64,000 nt of DNA from Lepidodermella squamata (lineage: Eukaryota > Animalia > Gastrotricha), in NCBI GenBank assembly GCA_047495785.1, contig JBLDXI010000024.1, positions 806,001 through 870,000 on the forward strand. The letters are read 5' to 3'. This document shows positions 12,902 to 24,262 of this stretch, in pieces (positions within the stretch are counted from its first letter, which is position 1; each line of letters opens with the position of its first letter). Below the pieces are notes generated by a model that was given only the letters and a program-made list of their open reading frames with translations, did no database searches and was not told where the DNA came from. The position numbers and the translations under genes are program-made.

Positions 12902-13862
12902 AACGTAAAAAAACATCACTCGCCATGAGAACTCGTGCTTTGCTTGAAATACCATTGTGCTTGCGATCGATTGTGAAAAATTTGTAAAAAAAAAGTGAGA
13001 ATTATATTTCTTAATTTTGCATTCATCACTTGAATTAGAGCCACTCATCTAGCAGCAGGGCAACAAATGTGAAGAAAAATAGCCTTTAGCTACTTTACAA
13101 GTAATAAAATGGAAATCGAGACAGCTGATAATACTATTTTACTCTAGCATGCTTCTATAAGGGTGCTTAGCGATTCACCAAGACTGGGGAAAGGACAATT
13201 TGGATGATCAGTTTTAGCTCTATAGAGAAATAACAAAAGGGGGCCTTTGTTATTTACGACATGAAAAAACTCGGCATGAAATTCTATTTATATATTTATT
13301 TATGGCTACACCATTCCGACCGCCCCACCATCCCGCAAAAAATGGTTGGACTTTGACACGGAAAATCTAGCCTAGAATGTGTAATTCACATTCTGTAAAT
13401 TCAGTAACGCCGGGTAATTACGTGGGGTAAAAACCATGTTTTTTGGATTACAAATTAGTCCTATTTCAGAGAGTTATTCAAAAAATTTCATTCACGGTTA
13501 TTTTACGAATTTACCTGATTTGGGGTGATTTTTGCATAAAAATTGAAAACGAGAGGGTAATTTAGGACACTCATTTGCATTCGGAATGGGCGTTGTGAGT
13601 CTTCATTTTTTTATTGACCCTTTCGACATCTGAAGGAGCCTCGCTTGTAATATTTCTTAAAAATCAACTATTGCTCCAATCACCTTGGGATTTACGCCAT
13701 TCGAAAGCTCAAAAGACGGGGAATTTTCTGCAACAAAGTCCTCAAACTATGATTTTAGCCGCTGATTTTTAAATAATATAATTCTGGTTTCCTTATCCGT
13801 CCCTATTATCAAACTTTTGCTCCAGGTTGGTCTTTTATATAATCAAAAATAGATAAGCCTTG

Positions 13863-13882
13863 ATATCTACTATCTACTATCT
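13863..13882. repeat. Short tandem repeat, ~3 copies of TATCTAC
   Basis: atatctactatctactatct, upstream of the P450 gene. Confidence 0.5.
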
Positions 13883-13927
13883 CCTGCGACTGATATTATC
13901 ATTGTTTTCATAGTCTTGAGTTTTGAC

Positions 13928-15733
13928 ATGTTTGTCACAACAATTCTTTTCAACAGCTCCTGTGTCCTCGGAGCACTGCTCTTTCTATTTTATTTGTATC
14001 GCAAATTTTACGTCCACCGGATTTTCAAACGGCTAGGAATACCTGGGCCAGAACCTCATTGGCTGTATGGCAACACCCTGCAAGTTTTACGCGAAGATCG
14101 CCATCTGATCATCGCAAATTGGTCAGCAAAGTACGGTGATTTTTATGGAATCTACTACGGCGGGCTACCTGTACTCATCACAAAAAGTACTGAGGCCGTC
14201 GAAAAAGTATGCATAAAGCAATTTGGCGACTTCCAGGGTCACATGGTACTAACATTTCATAAGTGGAATTTTTTGCTTAAAATTGCAATTCTTACAAAAA
14301 GGTATGGCCAATCACTCCAGACGCAGATAAAGATCCGAACCATCCTCAGAGCCATCTCTTCAACTCTCAAGGCGAGACTTGGAAGCGAATTCACACCGTT
14401 TTGTTGCCTGTTTTCGCGACTGGCAAATTGAAATCCTTCATGCCTCATATCCTGTCGACACAGAAAGAATTCATAGAATATTTGGCTGAAAAAGTCAGGT
14501 AAAAATATCAAAAAATTTAGATTTATCATTTTTAGGGAGGATTTTTTAGAATTTACTTCTTTTTATAAATTGAACCATTTTTCATAATTTAAACTTGAAA
14601 CAACTGAAATTTCTGTTTTACTCTCAGCGATTATGGAGACAAACCGTTCGATATCAGAGAGGGCTATCGTTTCCTAGCCTTTGAAATCATTGGAAAAGTC
14701 GGAGTTGGCATCGATTTCCAATCAATCAAAAACAAAGGCGAAGGCAATCACATCTCACAGCATGTTCGTGCCTATTTAAGAGGCGTTGCTAGTCCGCCGT
14801 TAATTCTATACATTTCAATGATCGTAACGGAATTAGCCGGGCTAATGAAATTCCTCATCTACACGCAAATGAAGTTCGGCTCAGGGTTCTTCGGCCCAAT
14901 GCAGACGGCTAATAAAGCTGTGAAGCATATCGTCAAAGATCGCCGATCTGCCCCTCAGCCGAGCAACGATATTCTCCAGCAAATGATCGATGTTGCCAAC
15001 AACCCTGCTGCGAACAAAACCATCAGCGAGAAGGAGATAACAGCTCAATGCTTCTTATTGTTTTCAGCTGGGCATGAAACAACCGCAATTGGGCTGAGTT
15101 TGACGTCATTCCTTCTCGCTAAACACCCGGCAGTTCAGGAGAAATTGTTCGCTGAAATCGCAAAGAAATTCCCGCGTGATGCTGATGGCCAACTTCCGGA
15201 GATCGATTACGACGTAGTGATGAATCAAATTCCTTACCTCGACTGGGTATGCAAAGAATCGCTTCGTCTCTACCCTTCCTCTATGAATTTGATGACGCGC
15301 TATGTTGAAAATGATACGACGTTGTGTGGTTTAACAATTCCTAAATCGATCTGGGGCGTGCAAATCGACAACTGGAGCATTCATTACAGCTCGGACTTGT
15401 GGGGTCCGAACCCTCAAGACTTTGTTCCCGAGAGGTTTTCGCCTGAAAACTCGGCGAATCGGCCCGATTCTGCTTTCCTGACCTTTGGTTTCGGACCCAG
15501 AATTTGCTTAGGTTTGAAAATTTACGTTAAATGGTACCATCATTAATTTGATTTTATTTGAAGGAATGCGACTGGCCTATCTCACCATGAAATGTACTTT
15601 GGCCAATGTTTTGCTTCGATATAAATTGGCCGAACCAGTTGGAGGCTTCCCAGGCGGGACTGTGAAGTTTACGTCTCGAAATGGAGTAATCGGCATCGAC
15701 GAAGTCCCAATTAGACTTCTTCCGAGAAATTGA
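13928..15733 (+). CDS. Cytochrome P450, CYP3 clan-like (4 exons)
   Basis: N-terminal anchor plus GIPGPEP, I-helix AGHETT, K-helix ESLR, PERF, and heme motif FGFGPRICLG(M). Introns at ~14246-14301, 14499-14627 and ~15512-15563. Confidence 0.93.
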
Positions 15734-15854
15734 TCGATGATAAAAATGATTCGAGTAAACACAATTTGTTCAAATTTTATTGCCGCCCAATGAACAGGCC
15801 ATTTTTTGAAACAACAACCATCAAATCTCAACAACTCATATAGGTATAATTCAA

Positions 15855-16418
15855 TCATACGGCGAGGAGGGCGAGAATCACCAGAGAAATCGAGCTCAAG
15901 CCAAAGACTTGGCTAGCTGAGTTGCAGTATTTGCCGTCGCAATAGCACGTTTCAGTCATGCTGTTGGCACCATGAACGACTTTACATCCCACCTTAAAAA
16001 AGGTGGACGTAGCACAACGTCGCGATACGACACCAATTCTTTTGGAAATTTGGAAGAAATATAAAATACGCGGGATTTAAGATAAAACATACTTGTATTG
16101 GAATTTGGAGCCATAGCCGTCTTCTTCGCTTCGAATGTAGTCATTCTCCCAGGTCGTCACTTTGACGCATCGTTCGGTGTCATTGCAGGAAACAATGCGA
16201 GGCTGATCCTGTTGACCAACTTTATCGTAGGTCATATTCACTAGGTTCTTCAACTTCCAGGGTTTATAGTTGCAGGCTTCAATTAAATCCAATTGCTTCG
16301 TTGTGTTGAAATCAGTTGAATTCATCGGGATGAACGAATTGCACTGGTAGCAGACTGCAATAGCTTCGGCGCCGGTGAGCAAAACGCATGCAACAATTGC
16401 AAAATTAACAATATTCAT
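15855..16418 (-). CDS. Ly6/three-finger (quiver/sleepless-like) GPI-anchored protein (2 exons)
   Basis: Signal peptide and CYQC. After one intron (~16092-16039) the frame continues IGVVSRRCATSTFFKVGCKVVHGANSMTETCYCDGKYCNSAS plus a hydrophobic GPI-type tail. Confidence 0.8.
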
Positions 16419-17091
16419 GTTTAAGCAATAGATTTCTAGAAATTTGTGAAACTTCTGAATTAAATGATATTCACAACTTTGGTGGTCAGCCTCACTTGAA
16501 GTGAAGAACGAGTGACTTATTTCTGTTCAACGGTTTTTTTATGCGAGCGATGACTCAAAGATGCACCAGGAGGACGCACAACGCATCATGCTCGTGTATA
16601 ATATTATTAGTGACCACTTTTATTGCCCTGTTTGTGTGTGGCGTGTCATTTTATGAATGAACGCGTTCGACAATTTCTGGCGGGATTACGCTAGAATAAG
16701 TAAGCCCTCACGTGAGGTTGGTTATCTACCCCAACAAACCATCCGCTCCACTTTTTATTTCATTTATTCCGAGTACCTAATAAAAGGTAAAACCTTGGTT
16801 CGGCCAATTTGAATTGTTACAATTAGCTACAACTTACAAGACATCATTATAAATCGGAATTCATACATTATTCAGAGTATATCGAAGTTGTTTTTCTCGC
16901 AGTTACTACCAAATTCAGTATTGAGCTATGCAGCCAGCGCGAAAAATCGAATCTGGATAAAAAACGGTTCTCTCTGCTGCACTTTGCAAATAAGCAAATA
17001 GCACGTATATGGAACTCAAGGCTTGACAGAAAAATTCGCTTGAGGCCACCTTATAGCTTGAGAGAAATCTTTCATTAGGCTAGCTGTGGAC

Positions 17092-17374
17092 ATGCCTCCA
17101 ACAGGAGAGCCAGAGCGCGCATCAGCGATGGAAAATGCCACGTCAGGTCAACCTAAACTGACAATAAAACGAAAACGGCTCTCTTCAGCGCATAAAACAT
17201 CAGAAAATCAGGTGAGAACTCCGCAAACGACAGATTTTCGGCAATTTTATCAATTTTTTTTTAATTTAGCTACTGTCAGTAGTAAGGAAAGACAACAGCG
17301 TCCACTTTATCAGTTGGAAACGAAAGCTGCAACGTGAATTTTTCAGCACCGCAAAATTGGTAAAAACTTCGTGA
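17092..17374 (+). CDS. Possible small basic protein (~74 aa, 2 exons), unknown
   Basis: ATG at 17092, canonical-looking intron ~17211-17269 in frame, KRKR motif, AATAAA at ~17447. No recognisable domain. Confidence 0.3.
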
Positions 17375-17473
17375 CATCAGACAATAATCAGCGATTTTGG
17401 CGTGGTTACCTGCTTTATTTTCAAGATATCTCAATCACAAAATTGAATAAAAACAAAGTTTTGCTGTTTTTTA

Positions 17474-18475
17474 TCAATGGTTTTGAGTAGTTTTACGAGA
17501 GCCGAAGGTTAATGTAACCAAGTTGAGAAAGCCTAGTAAACACGTGACGATGGAACTAGCCAGGTAGAACAAATTCGGCGTTCCATTCAGGTAAGCCGAG
17601 ACGAAAGCGAAGGCGAAATGCCACCAAAAGTTGGCGAAGCAAACTAGAATCCCTAGGTAAATACTAGCGAGTCGAAACCTCGTGGTCGCCAGCTTGATGG
17701 CCGGCAGCGCCAGGCCTAGAGTGATGAAAGTTGAAATAGCGGCAGGTAGCAGGCGTAACCAGCCGTCGAGAACATCGGAAATCATCTCACCATCGCCGGA
17801 AGGTTTCGAAATTTGAGAAGTATTGTTGCAATCCGGGCACATTTTCCCGAACGCCCTAACAGCTAACAACCAGCCCTGAACAATATTAGGCAATGCTAGG
17901 CAAGTACAGGCGACGAATGACGTCACAGAAACGCTGAGGAAAAGGCCGCCGTTCGGCGTATTGCTCGGCATACAGTCTGCAATGCAATCGCTATCGAAAC
18001 TAGACGAGTTGCTAATCAATTGAATCGCCAATTCGGCATCTTTCTGCTGCAAAGCCGCTTTTAGGTACTGAACACATCGCAAGGCATTCAGCAGGAGAAG
18101 GGCGGTGAAAATCGAGCTGAACGTCAATGATAGGTAATCGATTTCATGGCTTTGATCAAGCGATTTTAGGTAGGTAACCAGCGCGTGCCACAACGCGTTT
18201 TCAGCGCAAATTGCGCCGTTGAAAATGAACGTGAATTGGGGCCGATCGCAGCTTCGACTAATCGCGGCATATGTTAGGATAACGGAGAGAACAAGGTCGC
18301 CCGCCATCAGGGCGTAAATTATTGGATCGCGATTGAGGCCGAGGCCGATGGCGGAAATCAGCGTGAAGCAAATCACGCATGTTGCGGTGGTCACTGTCAT
18401 GACTGTCGTTTTTTGCCTATCTTCCTCTCCGCGGTCACTATTACCATCGCAACTGATAGGATTGACCGACGCCAT
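17474..18475 (-). CDS. Intronless 8-TM orphan protein built from two 4-TM modules
   Basis: Long ORF with eight hydrophobic segments. The two halves share motifs (ENALWH / ANFWWH; LTYAAI / LALPAI). Confidence 0.7.
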   Translation of the reverse strand: MASVNPISCDGNSDRGEEDRQKTTVMTVTTATCVICFTLISAIGLGLNRDPIIYALMAGDLVLSVILTYAAISRSCDRPQFTFIFNGAICAENALWHALVTYLKSLDQSHEIDYLSLTFSSIFTALLLLNALRCVQYLKAALQQKDAELAIQLISNSSSFDSDCIADCMPSNTPNGGLFLSVSVTSFVACTCLALPNIVQGWLLAVRAFGKMCPDCNNTSQISKPSGDGEMISDVLDGWLRLLPAAISTFITLGLALPAIKLATTRFRLASIYLGILVCFANFWWHFAFAFVSAYLNGTPNLFYLASSIVTCLLGFLNLVTLTFGSRKTTQNH

Positions 18476-18910
18476 GTTATAATTCCGCCGAGATTTCTCG
18501 TACAGGTAGTTTTGAGAGGAAGAAACAGCTGGAGGGATGATAAAAGCAGCTCGCAATTTGTTGAGTTTAGCTTGTTAATTATTCATCATTCCAAGCGCGA
18601 TCAAGCACCAGGAAAATGATTTATTGATTTCACAAAAAACATGAATGCACCTGCATCTATAGAATCGCGTTTCTGATCGCATTAGAAAAAAATGAGGCAG
18701 AAGTACGTCATACTCTTTGTATTAGTAAATTGCATTATTTAGCCCACATATAATGCTCAACAACAGTCATTGTTGTTTTCGGTGCAGCAGGCTATTATAC
18801 CAACTATTTAGTCTGCAGAGGAGCAACGATGAATTATTCACTACCATGCCTGGATGCTAGAGTGTGTTTTTGTGTTCAAAAAATAACGATATCGATAGTA
18901 TTTCGGCCAG

Positions 18911-19468
18911 CTACAACGGGTTCAACAGACCTCCAGCGACAATATCGATCATTCCCTTGAAAAAAACGATAGGATATAATTGAATTTTTTCAACTATCGA
19001 ACTAACCATTCCTGAGGTCATTGTAACCGCGAGAAGATGCAGCGGAAATAAGAAATCGGCTCCATGAGGGAACTTTAAACAGCTGATGACCAGGTACCAA
19101 ATCATGTTTAGCAAGCAGAAGCCGCCGTAGTACGAGACGTATAACGTTTTGCGTTTGACGTAATCCGCCATTTTGAATCGCCTCGTTTCCTTGAAAGGTT
19201 GCGACATGATTTTGAGCGCGTACCTGAACAAAGCTGCGTTAACGACCAGCGAAATGAAAGCGGGTACGAGCAGCCTGCCGATTGCAAACGCGTAGTCGTA
19301 GCCGATGCAATCGAGCAGAGTGCCGTCGATTGAGATATAATTTGCGGGGATATAAGCGCGAACTGCGGTGAACTTGACCCCGAGTATGACATGAGCAAAG
19401 GCGAAGCAAGAGCAGATTGAAAACGAAGCCGAAACCAGGGCAATAGATTTCAAATGCGTTTTATCCAT
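18911..19468 (-). CDS. Intronless single 4-TM module orphan protein
   Basis: Starts MDKTHL. SFSIC, LLVPAFISL and LNMIWY match the module in 17474-18475. An alternative ATG lies at 19531. Confidence 0.65.
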   Translation of the reverse strand: MDKTHLKSIALVSASFSICSCFAFAHVILGVKFTAVRAYIPANYISIDGTLLDCIGYDYAFAIGRLLVPAFISLVVNAALFRYALKIMSQPFKETRRFKMADYVKRKTLYVSYYGGFCLLNMIWYLVISCLKFPHGADFLFPLHLLAVTMTSGMVSSIVEKIQLYPIVFFKGMIDIVAGGLLNPL

Positions 19469-19520
19469 TTCAGATTTTTTATTGCTATAAAATAAGTGGA
19501 AAATTAGTGACAACCAAACT

Positions 19521-20246
19521 TTAAGGCGCATTTTTTAAAGATTTAAAAGCCAACACGATGTAAGCTGCTAGAATCAAGCTAATTCCTAAACAATAGGCTC
19601 CTTGGGCGTGAAGGATCGGCGCTCGAACGAAACCGATAGCTATTGCGATGAAAATGTTCCAGAGCAGGCAAAACGAAACCGGAACAAGGTTTAGCCCCAA
19701 GTCTTGCTGAAATTTCCAACGAGTCAATGTATCAGGCGGTCGGCAACAAGCGACAATAGTCGATCGAAGCGACAATGCAGAGAAAGCTGCTACTGCAATG
19801 GCGCCAGCGATTATTTTGAATGACATGCTATCGGGCACAGCGAAGTCGCGATAGGAATTAGTTAGAGCTTTTTTAAACTCTTCGATCTGCCCTTCTGTCA
19901 GGCCAGTGTCGACAATTTCAGAGCGCCGAATGTAACTTGTCCCAACTACCAAATCGTCACTATCGGGCTGGGTTGGATCTATTACAGCATCAGGGTTCTT
20001 ATAAGCAGTAAAAGAGCCTTCTACAGTAACCAACATCCGGCCTCGAACGTCCTCGTCTGGCTTCTTCACCAAAGGCCGGTGGCGAATGAAGGAGCAGCAG
20101 TTGTAGGCATTCACGGCGATACCGATGAACACAAAGGACAGGACTGAAGTGAATGAAATGACTGACAGGATCAAAAGAATATCGTGGTATTTCGATAGCG
20201 TATTCGATTGTTGCGGGCTTTTAAGGCCGTTAGGAGCAGCAGGCAT
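19521..20246 (-). CDS. Intronless 4-TM orphan protein with large first loop
   Basis: 241-aa ORF: TM1, a ~95-aa loop, then three TMs. Same layout as its neighbours, with a weaker motif match. Confidence 0.65.
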   Translation of the reverse strand: MPAAPNGLKSPQQSNTLSKYHDILLILSVISFTSVLSFVFIGIAVNAYNCCSFIRHRPLVKKPDEDVRGRMLVTVEGSFTAYKNPDAVIDPTQPDSDDLVVGTSYIRRSEIVDTGLTEGQIEEFKKALTNSYRDFAVPDSMSFKIIAGAIAVAAFSALSLRSTIVACCRPPDTLTRWKFQQDLGLNLVPVSFCLLWNIFIAIAIGFVRAPILHAQGAYCLGISLILAAYIVLAFKSLKNAP

Positions 20247-20396
20247 TTCTAGCTAACATAGCAATGGCGCATTTTTCATAATTCACACAAACTTTTAAGC
20301 CAGATTTTTTTGAAAAAAATAGGTCAGTGTGCGCACTGATTGCGCACGCGAAGTGCGCTCAAACCGTGATATGCGCAGCAATCTATTAGTTAGTGT

Positions 20397-21381
20397 ATGA
20401 GTATGCATTTTGTTAAACAGTGTCATAAACAGCTTATGGATCAAGTTCGATCATTTCTATCTGGCGGCAGTTCGAATTCCTTGCCGTCTCACTCTCAACT
20501 ATCGCAAGAAATGGCTGCCGAGCTGAGGCGTACCCAAATCGAACTGTCGCTTCTCAAGCGTGAAAATGAACGCAATCGCGAGCATCTCCTTGAACAGAGC
20601 AAACCATTTTCTGAGCCGTCAAGTAGTAGCAGTCAAAAGCCATCGGCGTTGAAATGCACTTGCTGCCCGATACATTCGCCAGCTAGGCCGGAGTTTCCGA
20701 CTGATCCTCATCTGTTGTCTTCTGCTTATGATCCTAGCCGAAACTTTGCCGGAAACCCGCCTTGGCACGGCGGTGTGCCATGTCACGATAGAAATACGAT
20801 CTACGATCAAAATCTCGCTTATGGACCATCCGTTGGAGCTTGTCGCATGCCCTGCCATCATATGGTAAGTTGGGTTAAAACTTTTATTATTTGCTAAAAA
20901 TTCGGCTATTTCAGAGTATGAGCGGAGTCCCGTCAGTTAATCGAACTTGCTATGGATCCAATATTTCTGCCGGACTTCAACCTGTTGCTGATAATTATCG
21001 AGGGCCTGTTACTCGGCAGCAAGAAGGCGCTGTTGTTCCATTTCGCGGGAAGCAACAGGTATGTATGCATTTGGTCGCTTGGATGGAATTTATTGAATCA
21101 TTGCTCAGATTTCCGACTCGTGGAACGAATTGCTTACGAAACTTGGCCTGCCTCCGATCTCCCTTGAGAACACGAAAGTGAGTTATGATGAAAAAGTTCG
21201 TAAGATGCCATACGTTTTTTTGTGTAGCATGAAAGCGAGATCAGTGATGCGTCAGAGGCCGATGCGCTCCGGCGGAGGAATCAAGTAAGGTTATTGTAGA
21301 TCCCATTTCAGGTGTTTTAAATCGTGTGTATTCTAGGCTGCAGCTCTGTTCGGCATGACACTGGGACAACAACATTATTGA
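20397..21381 (+). CDS. Low-complexity protein with short coiled coil (5 exons), unknown; may splice onto the downstream homeobox gene
   Basis: Four ~50-nt phase-0 introns (~20864-20914, 21059-21108, 21178-21227, 21285-21336) give a continuous frame ending GQQHY*. Confidence 0.6.
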
Positions 21382-21456
21382 CTTGATCATACTCTGCCTC
21401 AATGTGTTATGAAATATTTGAATTGTAGGATTTTTCGTTTTTTTTTTAGCTTATAG

Positions 21457-22665
21457 ATGAGTAACTTTTTCGGAGGTTGTGGGCCTTATCACGGCTCAAT
21501 GAATTGTAGCTGCATGATAATGACTCAGCACGTGACAACGGCAAACTACCCGTTTCACCCTGCGCCTAACATGCACGCCATGAATCGATTCGATTTCGGT
21601 GCCATGAGCCATTTCCACCCTGGAGCGAATCCTTACCAACACCACCACCAACAGCAGCAGCCACTTTGCTGCGGAGGATCGTCCGGATATGACCACAGTA
21701 TGGCAATGTCCCGTTATCCGGCTAACAACTACCTACCGCCGCCTCAGCAACCTCACTTTATGCCGCCAACTGGGGGTTCAAGCTTGATAACTGAACACGA
21801 AAACTTGCTACAACTTCTAAAGGAAAGCAACAGGCTGAAGGTGATGCTACTCCAGGAACAAATCCGGGCTAAAATCCTGCCGCCAGTTGAAGAAATAGCT
21901 CGAATTGCCGCACCTGAACCCGCTGTAGTTAAGGAGGAGACGATTTCAGCGAGCCAAGCTGAATCAGAGACAAGCCGTTCTGCTGTCAACCAGGCCGTTG
22001 TTACCCTTGCTGCCAATAGCGAAATCGTTCCGCCTGCTCCCGAGCCCAGCGTCGCTGAAGCTACGGAACCTACTCCGGCTATAGTATGAAAGAAGCTGTA
22101 CTGATCGTGAAATGATATTTGATGTTTTATAGAGACGTAGACCGCGGCGTAGGTCAACTTCCCAGGCCAAGCAAGAGACACCTACGAGGTCCGTGAAAAA
22201 CCTGACGCGCTCTGATCTGTTGGTCCTTGAAGAGGTAAGGCTTCTTTAATTCCTTTCAGATACCATATGTAACTATTTTTCAGGCATTTCTGTTGGACCG
22301 AACTCCAAGTCGCCGCGAACGGAAGAAATTAGCCCAGCGACTTCGCCTGTCTTCGCAACAAATTGACGAATGGTTCGAACGGGCTCGTAACAAAACGCAG
22401 CCTGCTGAACCTATTCACGAAGCACCTATTTTCGACGAAGTACAGCTAGCGGAACCTATCAAGATCAAGGTAATAGACATACTACTAATGCAGATGGTTT
22501 ATTTTGATTTTACTTCAGCATGGCAGAAAGCGGTCGAAGAAATCGAGGAAAGCGGCTGATCCTACGGTTAAAATGGAAAATCTTGATGTGCCGGTTGAGG
22601 GGAGCGCTGCAAACCCTGTAGAAATCACCTCGGCTGCTGAAAATCACGAGATTGAAGTTATTTGA
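21457..22665 (+). CDS. Atypical homeodomain protein (4 exons)
   Basis: Spliced sequence LTRSDLLVLEEAFLLDRTPSRRERKKLAQRLRLSSQQIDEWFERARNK fits the three homeodomain helices. Basic NLS-like RRRPRRR. His/Gln/Pro-rich N-terminus. Confidence 0.72.
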
Positions 22666-23014
22666 ACATGATTCAGGACTCTGTGCTGTGATTATAATTT
22701 GCTTGAGAATAAATCATCGATAGTTTGGGAAATATCTTTTTTTTATCGCGCAAGAGGAGTCAAATTGACATTAGATGTATTTATGGTCATGGCCGTTTAC
22801 GCGTAATGCTGCGGGTTCCAAATAGGAATCCTTACGGGACTCTTTTTATGGTGCCAAGAAACCATTAAGCCTCCAGGGATGTGTCGTCATCTTATTCGAT
22901 TGTAACGAAAGGACAAATCGCTGATTTTTGGGTCATTTAGATGTCCCAAATGGTTTCATTGAATAAACTTGATAGCGATTGCAGTTTGAACACGCATCAA
23001 AATGTGAATGAGTA

Positions 23015-24043
23015 ATGGCAACTAACGTTTGTATAGCTACCCTTGGCTTGCTGCTAATAATCTGGAAGGCTACTCCGCTACAATTGGATTGTTACTCGTA
23101 TGAAACAGACGCTTTGGACTTGAATCCGTCGCCAACTTTACCACCCGAAGCTCGGAAGCTGAGATGTGCAGAAAATCAAGTTTGTGTGGTAAGTAAAGTC
23201 AAATCGCTATAGCTAACCAAACAAGCTTCCTTTATTATGTCATAGAAAACCTTCCTGCAAATTACTCATCTCCACAACGCAAAAACGAGCGGCAGGAGAA
23301 AGAAGCACAAAAGATCCGATAATGTCACTCAAGCTTACATCTGGGGGTGCCTATCCCTTAAGGAACTCATCAGTCCTGTTCCACTGCAGTGCGGTGATAT
23401 ATTCGAAACGTCTTATGGCGATCGAATTGCCAATGGCGACGGGGCTGTCTATTACTTCTTCACCCATTGCACTTGCTGCTCTGACCTATGCAATTCGAAT
23501 GTGATGGACGCAAATGAGTGCTCGCGAGCACCGAAATTCTCGAAGCAATGCCATGCACATACGGCTGTAAGTATAATTTCTCTCGTTTACAACTGATTAA
23601 ACGTTCGCTTTTGATAGGCTCCATCGACAAAATACCTGCCGAAGGACTCCATCACCATACCTTGCACAGCCTCTCAGCATTGTTATGTAAGAAAATAACA
23701 TTGGAATAATGGTTAAACCTTCGATATTTCTACGTAGAAATACATGACCCTTAACGATTTTATCTGGAGCTACTACGCCTGGGGTTGTACCAGCATTCCA
23801 CGGGGTAGCTGTGACACATCTTTCAGCCACGAGTTTATCCCAGCTGTTGGGAAATCTAAAAAAGTTTGCCCATGCTGTGGGGACCTATGCAATGGACCGA
23901 GAATGGACCCGATTCGAGCCAACTCGTCGAATTGTGAAATCATACCCGAGCTGAAGCCGACCATTACTTCAGCTTATGTTGTTTCCGGTATTATGATTAC
24001 GCTTCTTATAGGCAGCCTCACTGGATTAGGCATTGCGATGTAA
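23015..24043 (+). CDS. Two-domain Ly6/uPAR-like protein with C-terminal hydrophobic anchor (4 exons)
   Basis: Signal peptide. Two repeats each contain (Y/A)xWGC and end CxCCxDLCN. Three in-frame introns. Hydrophobic tail. Confidence 0.78.
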
Positions 24044-24262
24044 GTGAACAAAATAACCATTATTTTTCTAAAATTTAATTTCGTGATTTATTCAAACAGA
24101 TATATTTTGGATCGATTGAGGGCGAAATTAAAAAAAGCGAGCTTGGATGAACCGGAAATTGTTTTCGATGCGTTAAAACATTGCACGAACGAATAAATCA
24201 ATTGTTTGAAAATTATAAAAAACCACACCTGTTTTTGATTATTTTTTGTTTAAAAAAGATTG

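Noticed and set aside
13160-13812. Possible non-autonomous DNA transposon between DD3-3 copy 4 and the P450
   Set aside because: The putative AGGG...CCCT ends match too poorly to call TIRs or a TSD.
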